Source of the DNA: Octopus sinensis
Lineage: Eukaryota
DNA: 64,000 nucleotides
Reading direction: 5' to 3'
Assembly: GCF_006345805.1 (NCBI RefSeq)
Contig: NC_043012.1
Span: 14,012,001-14,076,000, forward strand
Shown here: positions 1-13,319 of the stretch, piece by piece
Layout: each line of letters starts with the position of its first letter
How positions within the stretch are numbered: the stretch's first letter is position 1
Made by a program: the position numbers and the translations under genes
Notes under the pieces: generated by a model
Told to the model about the DNA's origin: nothing
The model's database searches: none
Seen by the model: the letters and a program-made list of their open reading frames with translations, nothing else

Positions 1-154
<154 letters not shown>

Positions 155-896
155 ATTGTTTACAAGTTACGACATTAATTGATAGTGATGAAAGGGAGTA
201 AATGAGAGATAAGTGAATGAATATGGCCGAAGACGAACGGAAATTAAAAAAGAAACTCTAGTAAATTACATGATTAAATAATTATGCTGTACCACTATTA
301 GTCTGATCTTCACACAGTAGGTAAAATATGAATATTTCGAAAACGGGTACTATTTATTTAAAAACATCTCTAGTAATTAAAAATTGCACTTTAGTGTGGT
401 TGAATAGTAGAGAAATATTCAGTGAATATTAGACGTTTAAGTTACCCACGATATGAAATCCCAACATACCATCGGAGATTATATTTTGAATATTCGCGAA
501 ACGGATTTCTAATATAATTTGATTGAAGAAAACGTAACGGAATAATGTGTTACTAATCAAAGATAAATAGCTATTGAGCAAGAACTTAAAGCAGAATGGA
601 TATACCTCGTGAAAAGGGAACAAATTTGAAAGTACTAGAATGTGAACTTAGCGTCTATCAAGCGAACGTCCATCAGCAAATATCCTAATGTATATGATAT
701 ACATAAAGGTATCAAATGAACTCATAGGCCTGACCAGCGGCGAATTTTTATCATACTAGGAGAAAGTAAACTTAGAGATATTCGATAATAAAACAATAGT
801 CTACAAATGAATTGAATACATGTAGCAGCAACCGATAAATTGTCTTCCTTAGTATAAAATATCTGAATTTAATGCAGTCTCCTGCATGAATGATGG

Positions 897-1271
897 CACT
901 CCGTCGGTTACGACGACGAGTGTTCCAGTTGATTCGATCAACGGAACCACATGGTCGTGAAATTAACGTGCAGGTGGCTGAACACTCCACAGACACGTGT
1001 ACTCTTAACGTAGTTCTCGGGGGATTCAGCGTGACACAGAGTGGGACGAGGCTGGCCCTTTCAAATACAGATACAACAGAAACAGGAAGAAAGCGTGAGA
1101 GAAAGCTGTAGTGAAAGAGTACAGCAGGGTTCACCACCATGCCTTGCCGGAGCCTTGAGGAGCTTTAGGTGTTTTTGCTCAATAAACACTCACAACGCCC
1201 GATCTGGGAATCGAAACCGTGATCCTAAGACCACGAGTCCCCTGCCCTTACCACTGGGCCATTTATCCTCC
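897..1271 (-). mobile_element. tRNA-derived SINE, near full length
   Basis: Minus strand begins with a tRNA-like head: A-box TGGCCCAGTGG, B-box-like GGTTTCGATTCCC. The segment after the head is shared with the copy at 62365-62562. Confidence 0.8.
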
Positions 1272-1489
1272 ACAGTCTCCTGTATATCTCTAATATAATT
1301 ATAGAAAAATATACCAAGGTCATTATTCTGAAGTTAAATAAAATGAGATTCACTTAAGGAGTAGTATATTGTTGAGGAGAAGTAAGTCATGATACAGCAT
1401 GGCTTCGCCAAATTTAACGATTTATGGCAATCTACTAAAAAATAATAACGTTATACAATGCTCTTATTCTTATTCTTATTTAAGGGATG

Positions 1490-2160
1490 GTAATTATCCA
1501 CTGCATCGCCTTTCCTGGAATCTTTTTGGCTAGGAAGTATTTTACCTGCCGTCATCCACTTTCGGATTTGCACCCAGATGTTGATTATTTTATCCATTTC
1601 CGTGGCTGTTCTTCTTCCGTGTCGTGCTGGGAAAATGTTCAGCCAATATTCTTATACCCCATCAGGGCCTGGGCACTTCCAGTTTGGGATCTTTGTTTTC
1701 TCTTAACATTTCAGTCGTTATTCTAATATTGCTCGATTTCACTTCATATTCTTCCGATCTTCATTCCTTCAACCATTTAGCAGCTTTGTTTCGTTTTCTT
1801 CCATTATCCCCGATGTTAATCCCAAATCTACTTTCTTCAGCGTCTGGTCTCTCACTGCTCTTAACCTTTCCATTCAGCTGTTGATAAACTCTTTTCTGGT
1901 CTTGTTACAATAATCTGTTGATTTTATATTGTTCAATTCTTTGCTCATATCTCTTTTGATCTTTTTCGCCTGAGGCTGCAATCGTTGTTGTTTGGACCCT
2001 TCAAGAAGTACCTTTAGCCCCTTTTCATTTATCCCATATCTATGTTCTCATTCTTGATATTTCTTGTCCCTCTTTCTTTCCAACATGTTGATATGTTTTC
2101 TTAGTTCGTTCATCGACTGTTTTATTCCACTTTTACACCACTTTTATTTTTCTTCATTCC
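1490..2160 (-). mobile_element. Degenerate R4/Dong-like (RLE-type) LINE, RT N-terminal fragment
   Basis: Minus translation IPNWKCPGPDGV*EYWLN...WMTAG...KGDAVDNY matches the NWKAPGPDG..FWLK pre-RT motif, with stops. The 5' junction abuts the (AAT)n tract at 2163-2283. Confidence 0.7.
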
Positions 2161-2162
2161 AA

Positions 2163-2283
2163 CATTATTATTATTATTGTTATTGTTATTATTGTTGTTG
2201 TTGTTATTATTATTATATTATTATTATTATTATTATCATCATCATCATCATCATTATCATTGTTATTATTATCGTCGTTGTTG
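2163..2283. repeat. (ATT)n/(ATC)n/(GTT)n compound microsatellite
   Basis: Direct. Confidence 0.9.
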
Positions 2284-2325
2284 TAATTTTTACTGTTTTC
2301 ATCAGAAATTCTATTTAGCGGTTCG

Positions 2326-2456
2326 GCAAAAGAGACCGATAGAATAAGTACTGGGCTTACAAAGAATAAGTCCCGGGGTCGAGTTGCTCGATTAAAGGTG
2401 GTGCTCCAGCATGGCCGCAGTCAAATGACTGAAACAAGTAAAAGAGTAAAAGAGAG
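2326..2456 (+). mobile_element. SINE 3' fragment (same family as 18421-18834)
   Basis: Near-identical to 18683-18830; ends in (AAAGAGT)n. Confidence 0.85.
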
Positions 2457-2663
2457 AAAAAAGAGTAATGTACCACTCATCATTGGAAGCGAAAGATTAG
2501 GAATATTCTAAAATAATTGAAATTCAGTCCACAGTGTAACCTAAATACGAGTGCCTTTACCTACTTTCCATACAGTTCACTCAGTACCGCAAAGAATCGC
2601 ATCGCATCTACATATGCATAAGTGTATATATACAGAGAGAGGGAGAAAGGGAGAGAGATAGGC

Positions 2664-2721
<58 letters not shown>

Positions 2722-2747
2722 GTATATGCATATATATATGTACATAC

Positions 2748-2779
<32 letters not shown>

Positions 2780-3226
2780 GTACATATATATATGTATATA
2801 TGTAGATATATATGAATATATATATATATATGGCGTGTGTGTGTGTGTGTGTATGTGTGTACACACATATATATATATATATATATGTTTCATGTACGCT
2901 GTACGTATGTGGAAGATTTCTATTCCATTCTCTCTCTCTCTCTCCCTCTTTCTCTCAGTCTTTCATTGTCTTTTCCCTCTCTTTCACTCTCATGACGTCC
3001 CTCCCACTCATTGTTATTTTGATGTCACTAATTCTTTCCTTCACACACGCAGATACGCAAACACATATTCCCTCGCTCTTTGTATTCCCTCCCTCTTCAA
3101 TATTGTTTCGCTTACTAAACGTGCACCGTGATTTGTGAGGGTGATTAACCGGACGATGTGATTGGGGAAAGTGGTGTGTGTGTATGTGAGTGCACATATG
3201 TATTTGTATATATAGTTACGTATATA

Positions 3227-3310
<84 letters not shown>

Positions 3311-3334
3311 GTGTGTGTGTGTGTATGTATATAT

Positions 3335-3385
<51 letters not shown>

Positions 3386-3387
3386 TA

Positions 3388-3720
3388 GTGAGAATTTATA
3401 AAGAAAAAAAAAAGACGAAGACGGTTGTATAACAACAAACAGATGTATTAGTGTAACGCTCGGAAAGTGGGAGAGTGAGAAAGTCTTTTACGTTTCGAGT
3501 CTACGCTCTTCGACAGAAAGGAATACACAAATAAACAAGGAGAGAAAATAGAGAAATAGAAGATAGAAAAAGATTTAGTGGCTGACCCAAGGTTGCACGT
3601 AACGCTATTTAAGTGCTATGGAAGGACTGTAGTTAAACTCTCGGTTCGATAATTATACGAGTGAGCAGTCTAATGCGGGTCTTGAATGAGCATGTATATG
3701 CTAAATAAAATGAGACAATA
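3388..3720 (-). mobile_element. Non-coding PLE-related repeat carrying an HHR-like motif; tail abuts (TA)n
   Basis: Homologous to 9081-9257, 12095-12191 and 8858-9018. Contains the HHR-like motif at 3485-3520. The left boundary is firm; the right boundary is approximate. Confidence 0.6.
3485..3520 (-). ncRNA. Minimal type I hammerhead-like motif, core variant CUGUCGA
   Basis: cttt-CTGTCGA-a-gag(cgtaga)ctc-GAAAC-GTA-aaag. Helix I is cttt/aaag; A6 is replaced by U. Confidence 0.55.
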
Positions 3721-6700
3721 AAGCCAAGGCTGTGTGGAATTTTCAGGACATTTATAAAGAGCAAGTTAGTCTTACAGCTCTTTCTGGGATATTAGGTACA
3801 TGCATGTACCTAGGTACCCGTTATACTTATTTAGTAGTATTGAATGTTTTGTGTTTTTCCATACCTTCAGATTTTACCACAGATTTAAATGCACCCCTCC
3901 TATACCTTTGTCTGTTCCCATTCCTTTATGCCATTCTAATATATGACTCCACCTCACACACCTCACACATAGTAATTATTTACATTCTTATCTATTCCGA
4001 TCTCTTCCTACTCCTCTCCCATCCTCCCACAATATCTTGACACAAGCTAACACACCTTTTTTCACTTTCTTAAACTTTCTTTCACTCTCTCCTCTTGTTT
4101 TCATTTCCTCTTCATCTTTCCTTCTTCTTTTCTCACCTTTTCCTTTTACCTTTACCTTTATTTTAACATACACATCTCTTTTCCTCTCTCTCTATCCACT
4201 TAATACTACCAATACATTCTCAAATTTTCATTCACACCACAAGACCCCTTTTAATGAAAAGCACATGGAATCTACATCTCCAAATTTTCAATTGATTAAC
4301 ATAATTTATTACAAATTTTTTTGACTGTATTAACTCCACATTTTATTTCATTTTTTCCTACACTTCCTTCCTGGAGAATTACAGTTTTTTGAGAACCGGA
4401 TAATAGGGATTTTACTGTTATAGAAACTTAAAAGTTAGTGCTCTCTTTACTCAAATATAGGTAAGTATTTACATAAGTAAATACTGATCGATAAGTATTT
4501 ATATCTACACATTGAATTTTTTAGAAATATTTTAGTAATTGATTAAAACATGATATATCTCACAGAAAGACAATGAGCGGAGTTAATGGAGCATCGGATA
4601 AGATATTTTGCAATATTTGTTCCCGCTCTCTGTGCCCCGATTTCCTTTCCGTGTCAGTAAACACCAATGAAATACTACGAAGTCACACTTCTTATCGATC
4701 GTCAGATTTTCTCTTTTTCTCTTTTCCCATTCTCTTTCTCTGTCTTTCTCTCCTTCCTTCTCACTTTCTCCGCCTCTTCTCCCTCTTTCTCTTTCCATCT
4801 CTCTTCCTTTCTCTCTCTCTCTCTCTCTTTTTCTCTCTCTTTCTCTCTCTCTCTCTGTGGACCGTATACAAAACACAAATGTATGATTTTGGCACATAAT
4901 GCTAACCTGATTCGGCCTCACAATTACGTTTACGATATACGTGTCTGGAATAATCAGTCGTTCGTGTGTTCATTTATCGAGTAGTCATAATTCAATTGAG
5001 TGGAAAGCTGATTATCCACTGTTCAAACTGGCAGAGGATCCATAACATTATACGTCACTGCAAGTGATTCTATATGTTTATCCATCACGAATACACACAA
5101 ATATGTGTATGCGAGTGTAATCTGTGTATGTATCAGTACTACGTGTATGAGCCTGATCGTGTTTTGAATGATAATTAATACATGTTGAGACATCCTCTAA
5201 AGTTCTATTGAGGAATATCTATTTATATCTGTAAGCCTTTCTTGGTAACTTAACTGTCTGTTCATTTAATTATATGAAATAATTACACAAAATGTCATTT
5301 GATATCAATATTATATTTCATTCTTCTGGTATAATCGTATTACATTTGACTTACCTACCGCCAATCGTATATATATTTCTCTTTTCCTTACGACAGATTG
5401 AATGGCATATCTATTATGTAAAACTAGTTAGTTTTGTAGTAATTTATTGTCTCATTATCAAACTTTGGCTGAATAGAAGATAAGATTTGATAGTCGCAAC
5501 ATTCTTCAGCAAGTCGAGAAGGGGTAATCCACTAAGGGTGCTTCACATTGAAACAGTCAAGCAACAGTTAGATCTTTCTCAAATCGCACGGAAATATCTG
5601 ACCTTCAAAGCATTGAATTATGTAACCGGACTGAGGTTAGCTACAACTAACCGTCCGACAAAGCGTTGGCCTCCGCTTTCGTATAATCATAGTTTCTATA
5701 ACAGTTTCACTTTTACTCTAATTATAGATGTTGTAACTCCCATGTAGTACACATACAAACCGTTTTCCATTACTATCTTCTGCCTAAGGTGCCGACACAT
5801 CAAGCCCTGCCCTGCAATAAACTTAACTAAGCTATCAATTTGATACAATTCTATTTGATTAAAACGGTAGACTATACCAGTCAGCTATGTTGTCGATGTC
5901 AAAGCATCAAATTAACTTTCGTGATCAGACACGTTGTCTTGAAATCCCTTCGTGTTCAACTTTACCTTTAACTATTATGGAGTCTACAAACAAGAAAGTC
6001 TCCATCAATTACGAGGATCGATGTATTTTGATACAATAAATAGCAGCTATGATCCGCCCAAGTTAATCTATACTTCACTATAGGAGAGAATATTTTATAC
6101 CTAAGGTTTCATCATCTACACCAATTACCAGTGCTTGAAACATATTTAAAACGTTAAGGAAATGTAATTCTGCAAATTGAGCACCTTCCTCTGTCTTTTG
6201 GGGAAATGATAAGCTTAACAGAGACAAGAAAACTGCAGCTAATCTGTGTAATAGTGGCGTCAGATCTGGCGTGCAGACCAGCATATAACTTATGTGACAT
6301 TGCGTTTTTATTCTTCTTTTCCGTTTTACATATTCAGTGTGCATGTATGCATTGCGTGTTCATCCTTCTTTTGCCGGTTCCTATTCAAAACTTTTTTACA
6401 AATCATAACCATCTGCCGAACTGCGTTCGTGAGGAGCGCTATGGGAGAATATCTTATTAATTATCGTACTTTAAATTTTATTGTGATTTATCGTAATTTG
6501 AGGAAAATGGTAGGTAAACGGCTGTACTGGATAAGTATATTTCTAATAATAAGAGCTCAAGTTTATTTCTTGTATATTTATATTATCTTGAAGTTGTTTA
6601 TATACTCACCACCACCACCACCACCATATAAACGTTTGAAATATATACATAAATTCATACATATATGTAAATACAAAAATACTTTGTGGAATGGGCACGG

Positions 6701-7029
6701 TTGTTGTGTTCTCAAAACATAATAGAGTTGTTCGGGTTCTGTTTCAAAATACTACATGGTGTGAGGACATTTATTAAAATCAGGTGGAGCCTAACCTTAT
6801 ACAGATCTGAATGCATCAAATACATTTCCAGAGATAGATCGAAGGAAAGAGAAAAGAGACTAAGTTAGAAAAAAGAACAATCAAACTCTGTACTTAAATT
6901 GTATCTTTTTTATCGATCCGAAGAGACAGTAAACATATTCGATCTCGGCAGTGATGGAATGCAGTGTTAATAGAACGGGAAGGAACAGTGCAACGTATTT
7001 TTTTACAGAACCTAAAGGCTAAATGTTCG

Positions 7030-7120
7030 ACAAATGGGCCTCAGTATGGCCTGGATCGACTACAAAAAGGCGTTTGATAGCATCCCCCACACATGGATCC
7101 TCGAAACACTAGCCATCCTC
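7030..7120 (+). mobile_element. Short R4/Dong-like RT fragment
   Basis: Translates GLSMAWIDYKKAFDSIPHTWILETL, the RT motif WIDYxKAFDSxPH. Confidence 0.75.
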
Positions 7121-7558
7121 ACAATGATAAAAGGAAATATAATTTATGGCCTACCTCCCCGCCACCACACACTCAGTGACACTATGAAATGGTCAAAGCT
7201 GAAATTCTTAGAACCCCCTTGGAGTCAATATTCTGTCCAGCAGACAAAAACAAATTCTTTCCTTCTTCTTCCCTCTCCCTTCCCCTCTTTCTCTTTATCA
7301 CTCACCTCAGATACAAACACACACACACATACACATACACACATGTTCTCTCTCTTATATTCCTCCCCACCACTAAGAAACTCTATAAAATGATTAAAAT
7401 TCCCCACAAAGGAACTTATTTTGATCTGAAAACCCCACAAGAATGGGAGAAAGCGCTAATGATTTAAGTGATATGATATATATGTAAAAAATGTAATATA
7501 TAAATAAATATCAGTAAATATAAACCATCCGATCTTCTGATTACCTCATTTCTTCTTA

Positions 7559-7596
<38 letters not shown>

Positions 7597-8085
7597 GTGT
7601 ACACATCTATGTGTGTCAAGTTAATCTATAGAAAATATATCGAATGGAACATTGCTTGCGCCAAGCTTAAAATGCCTCAGGAATATAACAACAAAACAAA
7701 GAAACAGATCTTAAACATACACACGAGGAAACAGAACATAGAAATTAGGTTACTGATAAGAAGAAATATAAGCGGCATCTAGAGGTATTATTATATATAT
7801 ATATATATACACATAACACATCTGGATAATGTGTACTTTTCTTCCTATCTGTAATTTGACATAAATTCTATGTTCTGTATAAGCTGTATTACGTATATAC
7901 ATCAAGATGCAGTGTATTTTTCTTATCAGTAACTTGACATAATTTTTATGTTCCTTGTGTGATTGCTTAAGGTTTGTTTCTTTGTTTTCTTGTTATATTC
8001 CTCTCGTATTTTGAGCTTGGCACATTTAATGTTCTATTCTATATATTTTCTACAGATTAAGTTGACACTCATAGATGCACACACA

Positions 8086-8131
<46 letters not shown>

Positions 8132-8617
8132 CATATATATAAATACATACATAAATGCATATGTCATTTATATATGTATATGCACATGTACATTCATGCA
8201 TTTATATATATATATATATATGTATATATATGCAAGTATACATATTGATGTACGCATAAATATATTTATATATGTACGTATATAATTATATGCGTGTGAA
8301 TGTATGTATGTGTATGTGTAGGAGGGGAAGACCTTTCTTTAAGATAAATGTGGTGCAATTGAAAAACTTTCTAATAAAATGTTATAAAAATCTTTGAATA
8401 AGATAAAAAGGTCATGTGCATAAACACGCCGATTGTTGCTGTTCAAATTGCCAACTGTTGTGAATATATTTCCTTCATCTACCGACGAATGAATTTGTAA
8501 ACATATATGAAATGGAAAATGTTTCCCAGTGAGAACGCCTTGTATACTAATGACAAACACTCTTTTGATTTCACTGTGATTATATTGAAAAATATAGTCA
8601 GCAAATAATAAAATGAG

Positions 8618-8661
<44 letters not shown>

Positions 8662-8857
8662 ACTCCGCCGGTTATATATATATAATTTATATATATATAT
8701 ATATATATAAAATATATACGTATATATATATAAAATGTGTTTTACATTTCGAGCCTTCGCTTTTCAACAGAAAGGAATGGAAACGTCTTGACATTTCAAC
8801 GGTTCATATATATATATATAATATATATAATATATATATATATATATAACTATACTA

Positions 8858-9018
8858 TATATGAACCGTTGAAATGTACAAGACGTTTCCATTCTTTCTG
8901 TTGAAAAGCGAAGGCTCGAAATGTAAAACACATTTTCATTTTCCCCAGCGTCAAACTAATACACTTGCTCGTTGTTCGTACACCTGTCTTTATCTTTTGT
9001 TTTCCTTAAATTTCAACT
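8858..9018 (+). mobile_element. PLE-related repeat copy with HHR-like motif (8894-8929); inverted partial copy at 8732-8810
   Basis: CTGTTGA-aa-agc(gaag)gct-c-GAAAT-GTA. Tail homologous to 9081-9170 and ends at (TA)n. Confidence 0.6.
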
Positions 9019-9031
9019 ATATGTGTGCGTA

Positions 9032-9076
<45 letters not shown>

Positions 9077-9080
9077 TATA

Positions 9081-9257
9081 GGGGAGAGTTTACCAAAAAA
9101 CAAAAGACGAAGACAGGTGGTGTACAAAACACAGATGTAGTAGTAACGCTCAGGAATAGAAAAGTATTTTACGTTTCGAGCCTAAGCTCTTCTACAGAGA
9201 GGGACACAGAAAAAACAACGACAAATGTGTGAAGTGGCTAACGATCTATCATGGCGA
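9081..9257 (-). mobile_element. PLE-related repeat copy with HHR-like motif (9165-9200)
   Basis: CTGTAGA-a-gagc(ttag)gctc-GAAAC-GTA, with a perfect 4-bp helix II. Tail abuts (TA)n. Confidence 0.6.
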
Positions 9258-9677
9258 CATATATATATGTGTGTATGTGTGTGTGTGTATGTGTGTGTGT
9301 GTTCTTTTTATACCCTGTTTTAACATCATGATAAAGCTACACACACTCTAAAAACCTGATGTCATGTATTGCATGACATAGGTCGCCTTAGAAGAACATC
9401 ACTTTCTGAAAACATTGCATCTGATATAAAATCTTATACACTGGAAAGACCATTGTTCCTCATCAAAACTTCACTTGAAATGATATACTAAGCTGTACAT
9501 ATGTTAAATAATCTAAACTATCTTTACAAATGTCAAAAAATAAAACAAACATTTATATGTCTTTGTCTAAGTTATGAATATATATATATATATAATATAT
9601 ATACATATATATATTCATTACTTAGACAAAGACTTATAAATGTTTGTTTATTGTTAATATAATTATATAATATATAT

Positions 9678-10020
9678 AAAGGGTAAAGACCCCCTTCGGT
9701 CAGGCACTGACATGGGTTTTGCACCTAGAGAGATACCCTCTGAGGCACAAGTCTGGGCAAGGTTGTTTTTTTATGGAAGACCAGCAGTCGCCCATGCATA
9801 CCGGCTCCCTCTCCACGTCACCGATGTTGTCAAGGGAAAGGCAAGGGCCGATACAGCTTGGCACCTGTGACGTCGCAACTCATTTCTACAGCTGAGTGAA
9901 CTGGAGCAACGTGAAATAAAGTGCCTTGCTCAAGAACACAAAACACGCAGCCCCGTCCGGGATTCGAGCTCACAACCTCACGATCGTAAGCTCGACGCTC
10001 TAACCACTGAGCCATGCGCC
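9678..10020 (-). mobile_element. tRNA-derived CORE-type SINE
   Basis: Head with A-box TGGCTCAGTGG and B-box GCTCGAATCC. It is followed by TTGAGCAAGGCACTTTA...CCAGTTCACTCAGCTGTAGAAATGAG, which aligns to the MIR CORE consensus as I recall it. Confidence 0.85.
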
Positions 10021-10031
10021 TATATATATAT

Positions 10032-10062
<31 letters not shown>

Positions 10063-10531
10063 GATTATATATATATATATGTTATGTATATATATATATA
10101 ATATGTGTATATTATATATATATCGTATATATATATAATATATACATATATATATATATAGATATATTATATATATATATAGATATATATATACACATTA
10201 TATATATATATTATATATATATACATATATATATATAAAGGGTAAAGACATTGCATCTGATATAAAATCTTATACACTGTGATACCTCTTATAATTGTGA
10301 GCTAACAATCGTACGACTTTCATGGGAAACATGTATTTTCGTGGTTGAACCTTTTGGATTAACTGGTGCTAGAGTGAGCCATATAGTGACCACTCTCTTA
10401 TATTTATTTTGTAAAAATATTATAATATGTTATAAAATATTATAATAATCCAGGTTTCTCGGAGCACTAGGCCACTTGGTGTTGAATAGATATACTATTA
10501 AATTAGTATCTAATTCCTCTCACCTTATTAA

Positions 10532-10574
<43 letters not shown>

Positions 10575-10610
10575 GATATATACATACATAATATATAATA
10601 TATAGATATT

Positions 10611-10642
<32 letters not shown>

Positions 10643-10746
10643 GATGTATATATATATATATGTGTAATATATATATATATATATATAATATATATATATA
10701 TATATTATATTATACATATATTATATATATATAGATATATATGTAT

Positions 10747-10851
<105 letters not shown>

Positions 10852-10852
10852 A

Positions 10853-10887
<35 letters not shown>

Positions 10888-11165
10888 ATTAATTAATAAG
10901 GGTGAGAGAATTAGATACTAATTTAATAGTATATCTATTAACACCAAGTGGCCTAGTGCTCCGAGAAACCTGGATTATTATAATATTTTAAACATATTAT
11001 AATATTTTTACAAAATAAATATAAGAGAGTGGTCACTATATGGCTCACTCTAGCACCAGTTAATCCAAAAGGTTTCAACCACGAAAATACATGTTTCCCA
11101 TGAAAGTCGTACGATTGTTAGCTCACACGGACAGGGCAAATAAAAAATAACAAAAATACAGATTA

Positions 11166-11247
11166 TTTGGTGAGGAAATGTTTCGCTATTAATGAATTAA
11201 ATGTAATTTTACTTACAAAAAAATCCATTGTAGCTCGTCAGCCAAAA
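11166..11247 (-). ncRNA. Degenerate copy of the 11695-11775 hammerhead
   Basis: CTGACGA, helix II and GAAAC intact, but the helix III/cleavage region reads atttcctca. Confidence 0.55.
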
Positions 11248-11694
11248 CTATCTGATGAAATCCACTCAATCACACGCCAGATTTTACCATAACGATAAAT
11301 ACGCGTGTGGTTCAATTGATTACATCCGACGTTATAATTCAAATGCCCCAACTAACAGCGCGCCAAACTTTCACGGAAAACAAATACAGCATTAGAAATA
11401 ATGCAGCATAATTATAATTAATTAATAAGGGTGAGAGAATTAGATACTAATTTAATAGTATATCTATTCAACACCAAGTGGCCTAGTGCTCCGAGAAACC
11501 TGGATTATTATAATATTTTATAACATATTATAATATTTTTACAAAATAAATATAAGAGAGTGGTCACTATATGGCTCACTAGCACCAGTTAATCCAAAAG
11601 GTTTCAACCACGAAAATACATGTTTCCCATGAAAGTCAGTACGATTGTTAGCTCACACGGACAGGGCAAAGAAAAAATACAAAAATACAGATTA

Positions 11695-11775
11695 TTTTGG
11701 GACAATTGTTTCGCTATTAAGAATTAATGTAATTTTACTTACAAAAAAAATCCATTTGTAGCTCGTCAGCCAAAA
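11695..11775 (-). ncRNA. Type I hammerhead ribozyme, canonical core
   Basis: ttttgg-CTGACGA-gcta(42 nt)tagc-GAAA-C-aatt-G-TC-ccaaaa. Helix I 6 bp, helix II 4 bp closed by G-C, palindromic helix III ACAATTGT, GUC triplet. Confidence 0.85.
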
Positions 11776-12035
11776 CTATCTGGATAAATCCACTCAATCA
11801 CACGCAGATTTTACCATAACGATAAATACGCGTGTGGTTCAAATGATTACATCCGACGTTATAATTCAAATGCCCCAACTAACAGCGCGCCAAACTTTCA
11901 CGGAAAACAAATACAGCATTTAGAAATAAATGCAGCATTTAGAAATAAATGCAGCATATTTATTTTATTTGATATATATTATATAATATATATATATGTA
12001 TGTATATATATATAATATATATATATATATTATAT

Positions 12036-12079
<44 letters not shown>

Positions 12080-12094
12080 AATATATTATATATA

Positions 12095-12347
12095 GTAACG
12101 TAAACACTTTTTTCTATTTCTGAGCGTTATACTAATACATCTGTTTGTTTTGTACACCACCTGTCTGCGTCTTGTTTTTTTCGTAAACTCTATATATATA
12201 TATATATGCTTCTTTCTTATGTAACGTAAACACTTTTTTCTATTTCTGAGCGTTATACTAATACATCTGTTTGTTTTGTACACCACCTGTCTGCGTCTTT
12301 GTTTTTTTCGTAAACTCTATATATATATATATATGCTTCTTTCTTTT
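12095..12347 (+). repeat. Tandem 126-bp duplication of a PLE-related tail beginning at AACGTA
   Basis: 12095-12220 is repeated from 12221; homologous to the reverse complement of 9081-9175. Confidence 0.8.
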
Positions 12348-12655
12348 TAAGCAATTTTTTTAACACATTCTTCCAGAGCCAGTCGATTGCCGAACAACTT
12401 TAAGTGACAAATGTAATTTTGTTGTTTTGCAAAATTGTACTTTCAGGTTTTTCTTACTTCTCTCTTATATTGTTTTGCTAATAGCAGTGCACACAATTTG
12501 CTAGTTGGTATCTCGGAAGCTAATAGCATTTTTTAAAATTTATTGAATGTGTGTTTGTATGTGCATATCGTTATTCGTGTTGTTTTTTAACGCTGTGATA
12601 TTGTTCAGATGTATGCAATTATTTTCACATGTTTTTCGTTAAAAACCAGACTGAT

Positions 12656-12692
12656 ATACAATATCGATAGATAGATAGATAGATAGATAAAG

Positions 12693-12750
<58 letters not shown>

Positions 12751-12752
12751 AG

Positions 12753-12810
<58 letters not shown>

Positions 12811-12870
12811 AGAGATAGATAGATAGACAGATAAAGAGATAGATAAATAGATAGATAGATAGATAGATAT

Positions 12871-12926
<56 letters not shown>

Positions 12927-12942
12927 AGAGATAGATAGATTA

Positions 12943-13014
<72 letters not shown>

Positions 13015-13023
13015 ATAAATAGA
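12656..13023. repeat. (AGAT)n microsatellite
   Basis: Direct. Confidence 0.95.
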
Positions 13024-13319
13024 TACATATACTTTACCATAGTATTATTAATTAAGCCATTTTATTTCCTTTTCTTTGATGTTCTCCCCTACTTGATCAT
13101 TTTATTTTATCTCTTTATTATCTTATAATTAGCCTTTATCTATTTATAAAATTAATCTATTTTTTTATCTCTATAAATTCATATGTAGCTTATATAAAAC
13201 TATACTGGTGTATTCACTACTTAGAAAAAATACTGCTTAGATTATAATTTTGTTAATATATATTTAGCATGTTCCTTTACGTCAATACTCCTTTATTAAT
13301 ACAAGTACATACCAATTAA

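Larger units (their letters stand above)
10885..11957 (-). repeat. Tandem pair of ~530-bp units, each containing one hammerhead motif; inverted partial copy at 10296-10540
   Basis: 10885-11411 and 11412-~11940 align throughout, differing mainly by small indels. Confidence 0.9.

Noticed and set aside
2561-3438. Many long ORFs rich in IY, YI, CV, HT and LSIY
   Set aside because: Translations of (TA)n, (CA)n and (AGAT)n tracts. The same applies to similar ORFs throughout the window.
9940-10020. tRNA gene
   Set aside because: It is a SINE head: A and B boxes continue into a CORE-like domain, with no complete acceptor stem.
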